Shown here piece after piece: positions 23,941 to 39,400 of a stretch of DNA of 64,000 bases (position 1 is the first letter of the stretch; the number at the start of each line of letters is the position of its first letter). The position numbers and the translations under genes were made by a program. Below the pieces are notes generated by a model. The model did no database searches, was not told the DNA's origin, and saw only the letters and a list, made by a program, of their open reading frames with translations. The DNA comes from Squalus acanthias (taxonomy: Eukaryota), in the NCBI GenBank assembly GCA_030390025.1, contig JASTWF010000337.1, positions 372,001-436,000 on the forward strand. The letters are read 5' to 3'.

Positions 23941-25470
23941 ATAGAAACATAGAAACATAGAAAATAGGTGCAGGAGTAGACCATTCGGTCCTTTGAGCCT
24001 GCACCGCCATTCAATGCGTTCATGGCTGAACATGCTACCTCAGTACCCCATTCCTGCTTTCTCGCCATACCCCTTGATCCCCCTAGTTGTGAGTGTTATA
24101 TCTAACTCCCTTTTGAATATATTTACCGAACTGGCCTCAACATCCTTCTGTGGTAGAGCATTCCACAGATTCACCACTTTCTGGGTGAAGAAGTTCCTCC
24201 TCATCTCAGTCTTAAATGGCTTCCCCTTTATCCTTGGACTGTGACCCCGGTTCTAGTTTTCCCTAACATTGGAAACATTCTGCCCGCATCTAATTTGTCT
24301 AAACCAGTCAGGATTTTAAACGTCTCTATAAGATCCCCCCTCTTTCTTCTGAACTCCAGAGGATACAAGTTCAGTTGATCCAGTCTTTCTTGATATGTCA
24401 GTCTGGCCATCCCAGGAATCAATCTAGTGAACCTTCGTTGCACTCCCTCAATAGCAAGAATGTCCTTCCTCAAGTTAGGACACCAAAACTGCACACAATA
24501 CTCCAGGTGTGGCATCACCAAGGCCCTGTACAACTGTAGCATCACCTCCCTACTCCTGTACTCAAATCCCCTTGCTATGAAGGCCATCATGCCATTTGCT
24601 TTCTTGACTGCCTGCTGCACTTGCCTTCCCACCTTCAGTGACTGATGTACCATGACGCCCAGGTCTCGTTGCACCTCCCCTTTCCCTAATCTGCCACCAT
24701 TCAGGTAGTAGTCTGCCTCCCTATTTTTACCACCAAAGTGGATAACCTCACATTTATCCACATTGTACTTCATCTGCCATACATTTGCCCATTCACCCAA
24801 CCTGTCCAAGTCACTCTGTAGCCTCCTAGCATCCTCCTCATTGTTCACACTGCCACCCAATTTAGTGTCATCTGCAAATTTGGAGATATTACAATTAATC
24901 CCTTCGTCCAAATCATTAATATATAATGTAAACAGCTGGGGCCCCAGCACCGAACCCTGTGGTACCCTGCTGGTCACTGCCTGCCATTCTGAAAAGTACC
25001 CATTTACTCCTACTCTTTGTTTCCTGTGTGCCAACCAGTTCTCAATCCACGTCAACACATTACCCCCAATCCCATGTGCTTTAACTTTACACACCAATCT
25101 CTTGTGTGGGACCTTGTCGAAGGCCTTCTGAAAGTCCAAATACACCACATCTACTGGTTCCCCCCCGTCCACCCTATTGGAAACATCCTCAAAAAATTCC
25201 AGAAGATTTGTCAAGCATGATTTCCCTTTCACAAATCCATGCTGACTTGGACCTATCATGTCGCCACTTTCCAAATGGTCTGTTATGACATCTTTAATAA
25301 TTGATTCCATCATTTTACTAACCACCGATGTCAGGCTGACCGGTCTATAATTCCCTGCTTTCTCCCTCCCTCCTTTTTTAAAAAGAGGGGTTACATTAGC
25401 CACCCTCCACTCCTTCGGAACTGATCCAGAGTCTAAGGAATGTTGGAAAATGATCGTCAATGCATCCACT
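23941..25470 (-). mobile_element. 1.53-kb 5'-truncated CR1 in satellite, copy 1
   Basis: Same subfamily as 13773-17283. Junctions are ...CAAGAATCAG|ATAGAAAC and ...GCATCCACT|satellite. Confidence 0.96.
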
Positions 25471-25964
25471 AGAACTGGACAAGGAGCAGATAACTGGACA
25501 AGGAGCAGATAACTGGACAAGGAGCAGATAACTGGACAAGGAACTGATAACTGGACAAGGAGCAGATAACTGGACAAGGAGCAGATAACTTGACAAGGAG
25601 CAGATAACTGGACAGGAAACTGATAACTGGACAGGAAACTGATAACTGGACAAGGAACTGATAACTGGACAAGGAACTGATAACTGGACAAGGAGCAGAT
25701 AACTGGACAAGGAACTGATAACTGGACAAGGAACTGATAACTGGACAAGGAACTGATAACTGGACAAGGAACTGATAACTGGACAAGGAACTGATAACTG
25801 GACAAGGAACTGATAACTGGACAAGGAGCAGATAACTGGACAAGGAACTGATAACTGGACAAGGAACTGATAACTGGACAAGGAGCAGATAACTGGACAA
25901 GGAACTGATAACTGGACAAGGAACTGATAACTGGACAAGGAACTGATAACTGGACAAGAATCAG

Positions 25965-27494
25965 ATAGAAACATAGAAACATAGAAAATAGGTGCAGGAG
26001 TAGACCATTCGGTCCTTTGAGCCTGCACCGCCATTCAATGCGTTCATGGCTGAACATGCTACCTCAGTACCCCATTCCTGCTTTCTCGCCATACCCCTTG
26101 ATCCCCCTAGTTGTGAGTGTTATATCTAACTCCCTTTTGAATATATTTACCGAACTGGCCTCAACATCCTTCTGTGGTAGAGCATTCCACAGATTCACCA
26201 CTTTCTGGGTGAAGAAGTTCCTCCTCATCTCAGTCTTAAATGGCTTCCCCTTTATCCTTGGACTGTGACCCCGGTTCTAGTTTTCCCTAACATTGGAAAC
26301 ATTCTGCCCGCATCTAATTTGTCTAAACCAGTCAGGATTTTAAACGTCTCTATAAGATCCCCCCTCTTTCTTCTGAACTCCAGAGGATACAAGTTCAGTT
26401 GATCCAGTCTTTCTTGATATGTCAGTCTGGCCATCCCAGGAATCAATCTAGTGAACCTTCGTTGCACTCCCTCAATAGCAAGAATGTCCTTCCTCAAGTT
26501 AGGACACCAAAACTGCACACAATACTCCAGGTGTGGCATCACCAAGGCCCTGTACAACTGTAGCATCACCTCCCTACTCCTGTACTCAAATCCCCTTGCT
26601 ATGAAGGCCATCATGCCATTTGCTTTCTTGACTGCCTGCTGCACTTGCCTTCCCACCTTCAGTGACTGATGTACCATGACGCCCAGGTCTCGTTGCACCT
26701 CCCCTTTCCCTAATCTGCCACCATTCAGGTAGTAGTCTGCCTCCCTATTTTTACCACCAAAGTGGATAACCTCACATTTATCCACATTGTACTTCATCTG
26801 CCATACATTTGCCCATTCACCCAACCTGTCCAAGTCACTCTGTAGCCTCCTAGCATCCTCCTCATTGTTCACACTGCCACCCAATTTAGTGTCATCTGCA
26901 AATTTGGAGATATTACAATTAATCCCTTCGTCCAAATCATTAATATATAATGTAAACAGCTGGGGCCCCAGCACCGAACCCTGTGGTACCCTGCTGGTCA
27001 CTGCCTGCCATTCTGAAAAGTACCCATTTACTCCTACTCTTTGTTTCCTGTGTGCCAACCAGTTCTCAATCCACGTCAACACATTACCCCCAATCCCATG
27101 TGCTTTAACTTTACACACCAATCTCTTGTGTGGGACCTTGTCGAAGGCCTTCTGAAAGTCCAAATACACCACATCTACTGGTTCCCCCCCGTCCACCCTA
27201 TTGGAAACATCCTCAAAAAATTCCAGAAGATTTGTCAAGCATGATTTCCCTTTCACAAATCCATGCTGACTTGGACCTATCATGTCGCCACTTTCCAAAT
27301 GGTCTGTTATGACATCTTTAATAATTGATTCCATCATTTTACTAACCACCGATGTCAGGCTGACCGGTCTATAATTCCCTGCTTTCTCCCTCCCTCCTTT
27401 TTTAAAAAGAGGGGTTACATTAGCCACCCTCCACTCCTTCGGAACTGATCCAGAGTCTAAGGAATGTTGGAAAATGATCGTCAATGCATCCACT
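25965..27494 (-). mobile_element. 1.53-kb 5'-truncated CR1 in satellite, copy 2
   Basis: Offset 2024 bp from copy 1, with the same endpoints and the same 1-bp deletion near the ORF2 end. Confidence 0.96.
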
Positions 27495-30400
27495 ATAACT
27501 GGACAAGGAGCAGATAACTGGACAAGGAGCAGATAACTGGACAAGGAGCAGATAACTGGACAAGGAACTGATAACTGGACAAGGAGCAGATAACTGGACA
27601 AGGAGCAGATAACTTGACAAGGAGCAGATAACTAGAAAAGGAGCAGATAGCTGGACAAGGAGCAGATAACTGGACACGGAGCAGATAACTGGACAAGGAG
27701 CAGATAACTGGACAGGGAGCAGATAATTGGACAAGGAGCAGATAACTGGACAAGCAGCAGATAACTAGACACAGAGCAAATAACTGGACACGGAGCAGAT
27801 AAATGCAAAAGGAACAGATAACTGGACAAGGAGCAGATAACTGGACAAGGAGCAGATAACTAGACACGGAGCAGATAACTAGACACGGAGCAGATAACTG
27901 GACACGGAGCAGATAACTGGACACGGAGCAGATAACTGGACAAGGAACTGATAACTGGACAAGGAGCAGATAACTGGATAAGGTGCAGATATCTGGACAA
28001 GGAGCAGATAACTGGACAAGGAGCAGATAACTGGACAAGGAGCAGATAACTGGACAAGGAACTGATAACTGGACAAGGAACTGATAACTGGACAAGGAAC
28101 TGATAACTGGACAAGGAACTGATAACTGGACAAGGAGCAAAAAACTGGACAAGGAACTGATAACTGGACAAGGAACTGATAACTGGACAAAGAACTGATA
28201 ACTGGACAAAGAGCAGATAACTGGACAAGGAACTGATAACTGGACAAATACTGATAACTGGACAAGGAACTGATTACTGGAGATTGAACTGATAACTGGA
28301 CAGTGAACTGATAACTGGACAAGGAACTGATAACTGGACAAGGAGCAGATAACTGGACAGGGAGCAGATAACTGAACAAGGAACTGATAACTGGAAAAGG
28401 AGCAGATTACGGGACAAGGAACTGATAACTGTACAAGGAGTAGATTACTGGACAAGGAACTGATCACTGGACAAGGAGCAGATAATTGGACAAGGAACTG
28501 ATAACTGAACAGGTAGCAGATAACTTGTCAAGGATCAGATAACTGGATAAGGAACTGATAACTGGACAAGGAACTGATAACTGGACAAGGAACTGATAAC
28601 TGGACAAGGAGCAGATAATTGGACAAGGAGCAGATAACTGGACAAGGAGCAGATAACTGGACAGGAAACCGAGTACTGGACAAGGAACTGGTAACTGGAC
28701 AAGGAACTGATAACTGGACAAGGAGCAGATAACTGGACAAGGAACTGATAACTGGACAAGGAACTGATAACTGGACAAGGAACTGATAACTGGACAAGGA
28801 GCAGATAACTGGACAGGAACTGATAACTGGACAAGGAACTGATAACTGGACAAGGAGCAGATAACTGGACAAGGAACTGATAACTGGACAAGGAACTGAT
28901 AACTGGACAAGGAACTGATAACTGGACAAGGAACAGATAACTGGACAAGGAACTGATAACTGGACAAGGAGCAGATAACTGGACAAGGAACTGATAACTG
29001 GACAAGGAGCCGATAACTGGAGAAGGAACTGATAACTGGACATGGAGTAGAAAACTGGACAAGGAACTGATAACTGGACAAGGAGCAGATAACTGGACAA
29101 GGAACTGATAACTGGACAAATACTGATAACTGGACAAGGAACTGATTACTGGAGATTGAACTGATAACTGGACAGTGAACTGATAACTAGACAAGGAACT
29201 GATAACTGGACAAGGAACTGATAACTGGACAAGGAACTGATAACTGGACAAGGAACTGATAACTGGACAAGGAACTGATAACTGGAAAAGGAGCAGATTA
29301 CGGGAAAAGGAACTGATAACTGGACAAGGAGTAGATTACTGGACAAGGAACTGATCACTGGACAAGGAGCAGATAATTGGACAAGTAACTGATAACTGGA
29401 CAAGGAACTGATAACTGGACAAGGAGTAGAAAACTGGACAAGGAACAGATAACTGGACAAGGAACTGATAACTGGACAAGGAACTGATAACTGGACAAGG
29501 AACAGATAACTGGACAAGGAACTGATAACTGGACAAGGAACTGATAACTGGACAAGGAGCCGATAACTGGAGAAGGAACTGATAACTGGACATGGAGTAG
29601 AAAACTGGACAAGGAACTGATAACTGGACAAGGAGCAGATAACTGGACATGGCGTAGAAAACTGGACAAATACTGATAACTGGACAAGGAACTGATAACT
29701 GGACATGGAGTAGAAAACTGGACAAGGAACTGATAACTGGACAAGGTGCAGATAACAGGAAAAGGAACTGATAACTGGACAAGGAACTGATAACTGGACA
29801 AGGAACTGATAACTGGACAAGGAACTGATAACTGGACATGGAGTAGAAAACTGGACAAAGAACTGATAACTGGACAAGGAACTGATAACTGGACAAGGAA
29901 CTGATAACTGGACAATGAGCAGATAACTGGACAAGGAGCAGATAACTGGACAAGGAGCAGATAACTGGACAAGGAGCAGATAACCGGACAAGGAACAGAT
30001 AACCGGACAAGGAGCAGATAACTGGACACGGAGCAGATAACTGGACACGGAGCAGATAACTGGACACGGAGCAGATAACTGGACAAGAAACTGATAACTG
30101 GACAAGGAACTGATAACTGGACAAGGAACTGATAACTGGACAAGGAACTGATAACTGGACAAGGAGCAAAAAACTGGACAAGGAACTGATAACTGGACAA
30201 GGAACTGATAACTGGACAAATACTGATAACTGGACAAGGAACTGATTACTGGAGATTGAACTGATAACTGGACAAGGAACTGATAACTGGACAAGGAGCA
30301 GATAACTGGACAGGGAGCAGATAACAGAACAAGGAGCAGATAACTGGACAAGGAACTGATAACTGGACAAGGAGTAGATTACTGGACAAGGAACTGATCA

Positions 30401-33400
30401 CTGGACAAGGAGCAGATAATTGGACAAGGAACTGATAACTGGACAAGGAACTGATAACTGGACAAGAAACTGAAAAATTGACTAGGAACTGATAACTGGA
30501 CAAGGAGCAGATAACTGGACAAGGAGCAGCTCACTGGACATGGAGCAGATAACTGGACAAGGAACTGATAACTGGACAAGGAGCAGATAACTGGACAGGG
30601 AGCAGATAACTGGACAAGGAGCAGATAACTGGACAAGGAGCAGATAACTGGACAAGCAGCAGATAACTAGACACAGAGCAAATAACTGGACACGGAGCAG
30701 ATAACTGGACACGGAGCAGATAACTGGAAAAGGAACAGATAACTGGACAAGGAGCAGATAACTCGACAAGGAGCAGATAACTGGAGAGGAAACTGATAAC
30801 TGGACAAGGAGCAGATAACTGGACAAGGAGCAGATAACTAGACACGGAGCAGATAACTGGACACGGAGCAGATAACTGGACACGGAGCAGATAACTGGAC
30901 ACGGAGCAGATAACTGGACAAGGAACTGATAACTGGACAAGGAGCAGATAACTGGACAAGGTGCAGATAACTGGACAAGGAGCTGATAACTGGACAAGGA
31001 GCCGATAACTGGAGAAGGAACTGATAACTGGACATGGAGTAGAAAACTGGACAAGGAACTGATAACTGGACAAGGAGCAGATAACTGGACATGGCGTAGA
31101 AAACTGGACAAATACTGATAACTGGACAAGGAACTGATAACTGGACATGGAGTAGAAAACTGGACAAGGAACTGATAACTGGACAAGGTGCAGATAACAG
31201 GAAAAGGAACTGATAACTGGACAAGGAACTGATAACTGGACAAGGAACTGATAAGTGGACAAGGAACTGATAAGTGGACAAGGAACTGATAAGTGGACAA
31301 GGAACTGAAAACTGGACAGGGAACTGATAACTGGACAAGGAGCAGATAACTGGACAAGGAGCAGATAACTGGACAAGGAGCAGATAACTGGACAGGAAAC
31401 TGATAACTGGACAGGAAACTGATAACTGGACAAGGAACTGATAATTGGACAGGGAGCAGTTAACTGGACAAGGAACTGATAACTGGACAAGGAACTGATA
31501 ACTGGACAGGGAGCAGATAACTGGACAAGGAGCAGATAACTGGACAAGGAGCAGATAACTGGACAAGGAGCAGATAACTGGACAAGGAGCAGGTAACTGG
31601 AAAAGGAGCAGATAACTGGACAAGGAGCAGATAACTGGACAAGGAGCAGATAACTGGACAAGGAGCAGATAACTAGACAAGGAGCAGATAACTGGACAGG
31701 GAGCAGATAACTGGACAAGGAGCAGATAACTGCACAAGGAGCAGATAACTGGACAAGGAGCAGATAACTGGACAAGGAGCAGATAACTGGACAAGGAGCA
31801 GGTAACTGGAAAAGGAGCAGATAACTGGACAAGGAGCAGATAACTGGACAAGGAGCAGGTAACTGGAAAAGGAGCAGATAACTGGACAAGGAGCAGATAA
31901 CTGGACAAGGAGCAGATAACTGGACAAGGAGCAGATAACTGGACAGGGAGCAGATAACTGGACAAGGAGCAGATAACTAGACACGGAGCAGATAACTGGA
32001 CACGGAGCAGATAACTGGACAAGGAGCAGATAACTGGACAAGCAGCAGATAACTAGACACAGAGCAAATAACTGGACACGGAGCAGATAACTGGACACGG
32101 AGCAGATAACTGGAAAAGGAACAGATAACTGGACAAGGAGCAGATAACTCGACAAGGAGCAGATAACTGGAGAGGAAACTGATAACTGGACACGGAGCAG
32201 ATAACTAGACACGGAGCAGATAACTGGACAAGGAGCAGATAACTGGACAAGCAGCAGATAACTAGACACAGAGCAAATAACTGGACACGGAGCAGATAAC
32301 TGGACACGGAGCAGATAACTGGAAAAGGAACAGATAACTGGACAAGGAGCAGATAACTCGACAAGGAGCAGATAACTGGAGAGGAAACTGATAACTGGAC
32401 AAGGAGCAGATAACTGGACAAGGAGCAGATAACTAGACACGGAGCAGATAACTGGACACGGAGCAGATAACTGGACACGGAGCAGATAACTGGACAAGGA
32501 ACTGATAACTGGACAAGGAGCAGATAACTGGACAAGGTGCAGATAACTGGACAAGGAGCAGATAACTGGACAAGGAGCAGATAACTGGACAAGGAACAGA
32601 TAACTGGACAAGGAGCAGATAACTGGACAAGGAGCAGATAACTGGACAAGGAGCAGATAACTGGACAAGGAACTGATAACTGGACAAGGAACTGATAACT
32701 GGACAAGGAACTGATAACTGGACAAGGAACTGATAACTGGACAAGGAGCAAAAAACTGGACAAGGAACTGATAACTGGACAAGGAACTGATAACTGGACA
32801 AATACTGATAACTGGACAAGGAACTGATTACTGGAGATTGAACTGATAACTGGACAAGGAACTGATAACTGGACAAGGAGCAGATAACTGGACAGGGAAC
32901 TGATAACTGGACAAGGAGTAGATTACTGGACAAGGAACTGATCACTGGACAAGGAGCAGATAATTGGACAAGGAACTGATAACTGGACAAGGAACTGATA
33001 ACTGGACAAGAAACTGAAAAATTGACTAGGAACTGATAACTGGACAAGGAGCAGATAACTGGACAAGGAGCAGCTCACTGGACATGGAGCAGATAACTGG
33101 ACAAGGAACTGATAACTGGACAAGGAGCAGATAACTGGACACGGAACTGATAACTGCAAAAGGAGCAGATAACTGGACAGGAACTGATAACTGGACAAGG
33201 AACTGATAACTGGACAAGGAGCAGATAACTGGACAAGGAGCAGATAACAGGACAAGGAACTGATAACTGGACAAGGAACTGATAACTGGACAAGGAACTG
33301 ATAACTGGACAAGGAACAGATAACTGGACAAGGAACTGATAACTGGACAAGGAGCAGATAACTGGACAAGGAACTGATAACTGGACAAGGAGCCGATAAC

Positions 33401-36400
33401 TGGAGAAGGAACTGCTAACTGGACATGGAGTAGAAAACTGGACAAGGAACTGATAACTGGACAAGGAGCAGGTAACTGGACAAGGAACTGATAACTGGAC
33501 AAATACTGATAACTGGACAAGGAACTGATTACTGGAGATTGAACTGATAACTGGACAGTGAACTGATAACTGGACAGTGAACTGATAACTGGACAAGGAA
33601 CTGATAACTGGACAAGGAACTGATAACTGGACAAGGAACTGATAACTGGAAAAGGAGCAGATTACGGGACAAGGAACTGATAACTGGACAAGGAGTAGAT
33701 TACTGGACAAGGAACTGATCACTGGACAAGGAGCAGATAATTGGACAAGTAACTGATAACTGGACAAGGAACTGATAACTGGACAAGGAGTAGAAAACTG
33801 GACAAGGAACAGATAACTGGAAAAGGAACTGATAACTGGACAAGGAACTGATAACTGGACAAGGAACAGATAACTGGACAAGGAACTGATAACTGGACAA
33901 GGAACTGATAACTGGACAAGGAGCCGATAACTGGAGAAGGAACTGATAACTGGACATGGAGTAGAAAACTGGACAAGGAACTGATAACTGGACAAGGAGC
34001 AGATAACTGGACATGGCGTAGAAAACTGGACAAATACTGATAACTGGACAAGGAACTGATAACTGGACAAGGTGCAGATAACAGGAAAAGGAACTGATAA
34101 CTGGACAAGGAACTGATAACTGGACAAGGAACTGATAACTGGACAAGGAACTGATAAGTGGACATGGAGTAGAAAACTGGACAAAGAACTGATAACTGGA
34201 CAAGGAACTGATAACTGGACAAGGAACTGATAACTGGACAATGAGCAGATAACTGGACAAGGAGCAGATAACTGGACAAGGAGCAGATAACTGGACAAGG
34301 AGCAGATAACTGGACAAGGAGCAGATAACCGGACAAGGAACAGATAACTGGACACGGAGCAGATAACTGGACAAGGAGCAGATAACTGGACAAGAAACTG
34401 ATAAGTGGACAAGGAACTGAAAACTGGACAGGGAACTGATAACTGGACGAGGAGCAGATAACTGGACAAGGAGCAGATAACTGGACAGGAAACTGATAAC
34501 TGGACAAGGAACTGATAATTGGACAGGGAGCAGTTAACTGGACAAGGAACTGATAACTGGACAGGGAGCAGATAACTGGACAAGGAGCAGATAACTGGAC
34601 AAGGAGCAGATAACTGGACAAGGAGCAGATAACTGGACAAGGAGCAGATAACTGGAAAAGGAGCAGATAACTGGACAAGGAGCAGATAACTGGACATGGA
34701 GCAGATAACTGGACAAGGAGCAGATAACTGGACAAGGAGCAGATAACTGGACAGGGAGCAGATAACTGGACAAGGAGCAGATAACTGGACAAGGAGCAGA
34801 TAACTAGACACAGAGCAAATAACTGGACACGGAGCAGATAACTGGAAAAGGAACAGATAACTGGACAAGGAGCAGATAACTGGCGAGGAAACTGATAACT
34901 GGACAAGGAGCAGATAACTGGACAAGGAGCAGATAACTAGACACGGAGCAAGTAACTGGACACGGAGCAGATAACTGGAAAAGGAACAGATAACTGGACA
35001 AGGAGCAGATAACTGGAGAGGAAACTGATAACTGGACAAGGAGCAGATAACTGGACAAGGAGCAGATAACTGGACACGGAGCAGAGAACTGGACACGGAG
35101 CAGAGAACTGGACACGGAGCAGAGAACTGTACACGGAGCAGAGAACTGGACACGGAGCAGAGAACTGGACACGGAGCAGAGAACTGGACACGGAGCAGAG
35201 AACTGGACACGGAACTGATAACTGGACAAGGAGCAGATAACTGGACAGGGAACTGATAACTGGACGAGGAGCAGATAACTGGACGAGGAGCAGATAACTG
35301 GACAGGAAACTGATAACTGGACAGGGAACTGATAACTGGACGAGGAGCAGATAACTGGACAAGGAGCAGATAACTGGAAAAGGAACAGATAACTGGACAA
35401 GGAGCAGATAACTGGAGAGGTAACTGATAACTGGACAAGGAGCAGATAACTGGACACAGAGCAGATAACTAGACACGGAGCAAATAACTGGACACGGATC
35501 AGATAACTGGAAAAGGAACAGATAACTGGACAAGGAGCAGATAACTGGAGAGGAAACTGATAACTGGACAAGGAGCAGATAACTGGACAAGGTGCAGATA
35601 ACTAGACACGGAGCAGATAACTGGACACGGAGCAGATAACTGGACACGGAGCAGAGAACTGGACACGGAGCAGAGAACTGGACACGGAGCAGAGAACTGG
35701 ACACGGAGCAGAGAACTGGACACGGAGCAGAGAACTGGACACGGAACTGATAACTGGACAAGGCACTGATAACTGGACAAGGAGCAGATAACTGGACACG
35801 GAGCAGATAACTGGACAAGGAGCAGATAACTGGAAAAGGAGCAGATAACTGGACACGGAGCAGATAACTGGACAAGGAGCAGATAACTGGACAAGGAGCA
35901 GATAACTAGACACGGAGCAGATAACTGGACACGGAGCAGATAACTGGACACGGAGCAGATAACTGGACACGGAGCAGATAACTGGACACGGAGCAGATAA
36001 CTGGACACGGAGCAGATAACTGGACACGGAGCAGATAACTGGACACGGAGCAGATAACTGGACACGGAGCAGATAACTGGACACGGAGCAGATAACTGGA
36101 CACGGAGCAGATAACTGGACCAGGAACTGATAACTGGACAAGGCACTGACAACTGGACAAGGAGCAGATAACTGGACAAGGTGCAGATAACTGGACAAGG
36201 AACTGATAACTGGACAAGGAGCAGATAACTGGACAAGGAACTGATAACTGGACAAGGAACTGATAACTGCACAAGGAGCAGATAACTGGACAAGGAGCAG
36301 ATAACTGGACAAGGAGCAGATAACTGGACAAGGAGCAGATAACTGGACACGGAACTGATAACTGCACAAGGAGCAGATAACTGGACAAGGAACTGATAAC

Positions 36401-39400
36401 TGGACAAGGAACTGATAACTGGACAAGGAGCAGATAACTGGACAAGGAACTGCTAACTGGAAAAGGAACTGATAACTGGACAAGGAACTGATAACTGGAC
36501 AAGGAACTGATAACTGGACAAGGAATTGATAACTGGACAAGGAACTGATAACTGGACAAGGAACAGATAACTGGACAAGGAACTGATAACTGGACAAGGA
36601 ACTGATAACTGGACATGGAGTAGAAAACTGGACAAGGAACTGATAACTGGACAAGGAGCAGATAACTGGACATGGCGTAGAAAACTGGACAAATACTGAT
36701 AACTGGACAAGGAACTGATATCTGGACAAGGTGCAGATAACAGGAAATGGAACTGATAACTGGACAAGGAACTGATAACTGGACAAGGAACTGATAACTG
36801 GACAAGGAACTGATAACTGGACATGGAGTAGAAAACTGGACAAAGAACTGATAACTGGACAAGGAGCAGATAACTGGACAAGGAGCAGCTCACTGGACAT
36901 GGAGCAGATAACTGGACAAGGAACTGATAACTGCACAAGGAGCAGATAACTGGACAAGGTGCAGATAACTGGACAAGGTGCAGATAACTGGACAAGGAGC
37001 AGATAACTGGACACGGAACTGATAACTGCACAAGGAGCAGATAACTGGACAAGGAACTGATAACTGGACAAGGAACTGATAACTGGACAAGGAGCAGATA
37101 ACTGGACAAGGAGCAGATAACTGGACAAGGAGCAGATAACTGGACAAGGAACTGATAACTGGACAAGGAGCAGATAACTGGACAAGGAGCAGCTCACTGG
37201 ACAAGGAGCAGCTCACTGGACATGGAGCAGATAACTGGACAAGGAACTGATAACTGGACAAGGAACTGATAACTGCACAAGGAGCAGATAACTGGACAAG
37301 GAGCAGATAACTGGACAAGGAGCAGATAACTGCACAAGGAGCAGATAACTGGACAAGGAACTGATAACTGGACAAGGAACTGATAACTGGACAAGGAACT
37401 GATAACTGGACAAGGAACTGATAACTGGACAAGGAGCAGATAACTGGACAAGGAGCCGATAACTGGACAAGGAGCCGATAACTGGAGAAGGAACTGATAA
37501 CTGGACATGGAGTAGAAAACTGGACAAGGAACTGATAATTGGACAAGGAGCTGATAACTGGACAACGAACTGATAACTGGACAAATACTGATAACTGGAC
37601 AAGGAACTGATTACTGGAGATTGAACTGATAACTGGACAGTGAACTGATAACTGGACAAGGAACTGATAACTGGACAAGGAACTGATAACTGGACAAGGA
37701 ACTGATAACTGGACAAGGAACTGATAACTGGACAAGGAACTGATAACTGGAATAGGAGCAGATTACGGGACAAGGAACTGATAACTGGACAAGGAGTAGA
37801 TTACTGGACAAGGAACTGATAACTGGACAGGGAGCAGATAATTGGACAAGGAACTGAGAACTGGACAAGGAACTGCTAACTGGAAAAGGAACTGATAACT
37901 GGACAAGGAACTGATAACTGGACAAGGAACTGATAACTGGACAAGGAACTGATAACTGGACAAGGAACAGATAACTGGACAAGGAACTGATAACTGGACA
38001 AGGAGCCGATAACTGGAGAAGGAACTGATAACTGGATATGGAGTAGAAAACTGGACAAGGAACTGATAACTGGACAAGGAGCAGATAACTGGTCAAGGAA
38101 CTGATAACTGGACAAATACTGATAACTGGACAAGGAACTGATTACTGGAGATTGAACTGATAACTGGACAGTGAACTGATAACTGGACAAGGAACTGATA
38201 ACTGGACAAGGAACTGATAACTGGACAAGGAACTGATAACTGGAAAAGGAGCAGATTACGGGACAAGGAACTGATAACTGGACAAGGAGTAGATTACTGG
38301 ACAAGGAACTGATCACTGGACAAGGAGCAGATAATTGGACAAGGAACTGATAACTGGACAAGGAACTGCTAACTGGAAAAGGAACTGATAACTGGACAAG
38401 GAACTGATAACTGGACAAGGAATTGATAACTGGACAAGGAACTGATAACTGGACAAGGAACAGATAACTGGACAAGGAACTGATAACTGGACAAGGAGCC
38501 GATAACTGGAGAAGGAACTGATAACTGGACATGGAGTAGAAAACTGGACAAGGAACTGATAACTGGACAAGGAGCAGATAACTGGACATGGCGTAGAAAA
38601 CTGGACAAGGAACTGATAACTGGACAAGGATCTGATAACTGGACATGGAGTAGAAAACTGGACAAGGAACTGATAACTGGACAAGGTGCAGATAACTGGA
38701 CAAGGAACTGATAACTGGACAAGGAACTGATAACTGGACAAGGAACTGATAACTGGACAAGGAACTGATAACTGGACAATGAACTGATAACTGGACATGG
38801 AGTAGAAAACTGGACAAAGAACTGATAACTGGACAAGGAACTGATAACTGGACATGGAGTAGAAAACTGGACAAAGAACTGATAACTGGACAAGGAACTG
38901 ATAACTGGACATGGAGTAGAAAACTGGACAAGGAACTGATAACTGGACAAGGTGCAGATAACAGGAAAAGGAACTGATAACTGGACAAGGAACTGATAAC
39001 TGGACAAGGAACTGATAACTGGACAAGGAACTGATAACTGGACAAGGAACTGATAACTGGACAAGGAGCAGGTAACTGGACAAGGAACTGCTAACTGGAA
39101 AAGGAACTGATAACTGGACAAGGAACTGATAACTGGACATGGAGTAGAAAACTGGACAAGGAACTGATAACTGGACAAGGAGCAGATAACTGGACATGGC
39201 GTAGAAAACTGGACAAATACTGATAACTGGATAAGGAACTGATAACTGGACATAGAGTAGAAAACTGGACAAGGAGCAGATAACTGGACAAGGAGCAGAT
39301 AACTGGACAAGGAGCAGATAACTGGACAAGGAGCAGATAACTGGACAAGGAGCAGATAACTGGACAAGGAGCAGATAACTGGACAAGGAGCAGATAACTG

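Noticed and set aside
24228..27601. 609-aa and 449-aa satellite-RT fusion ORFs
   Set aside because: Chance read-through from stop-free satellite into truncated CR1 RT, with no endonuclease and a frameshifted C-terminus.
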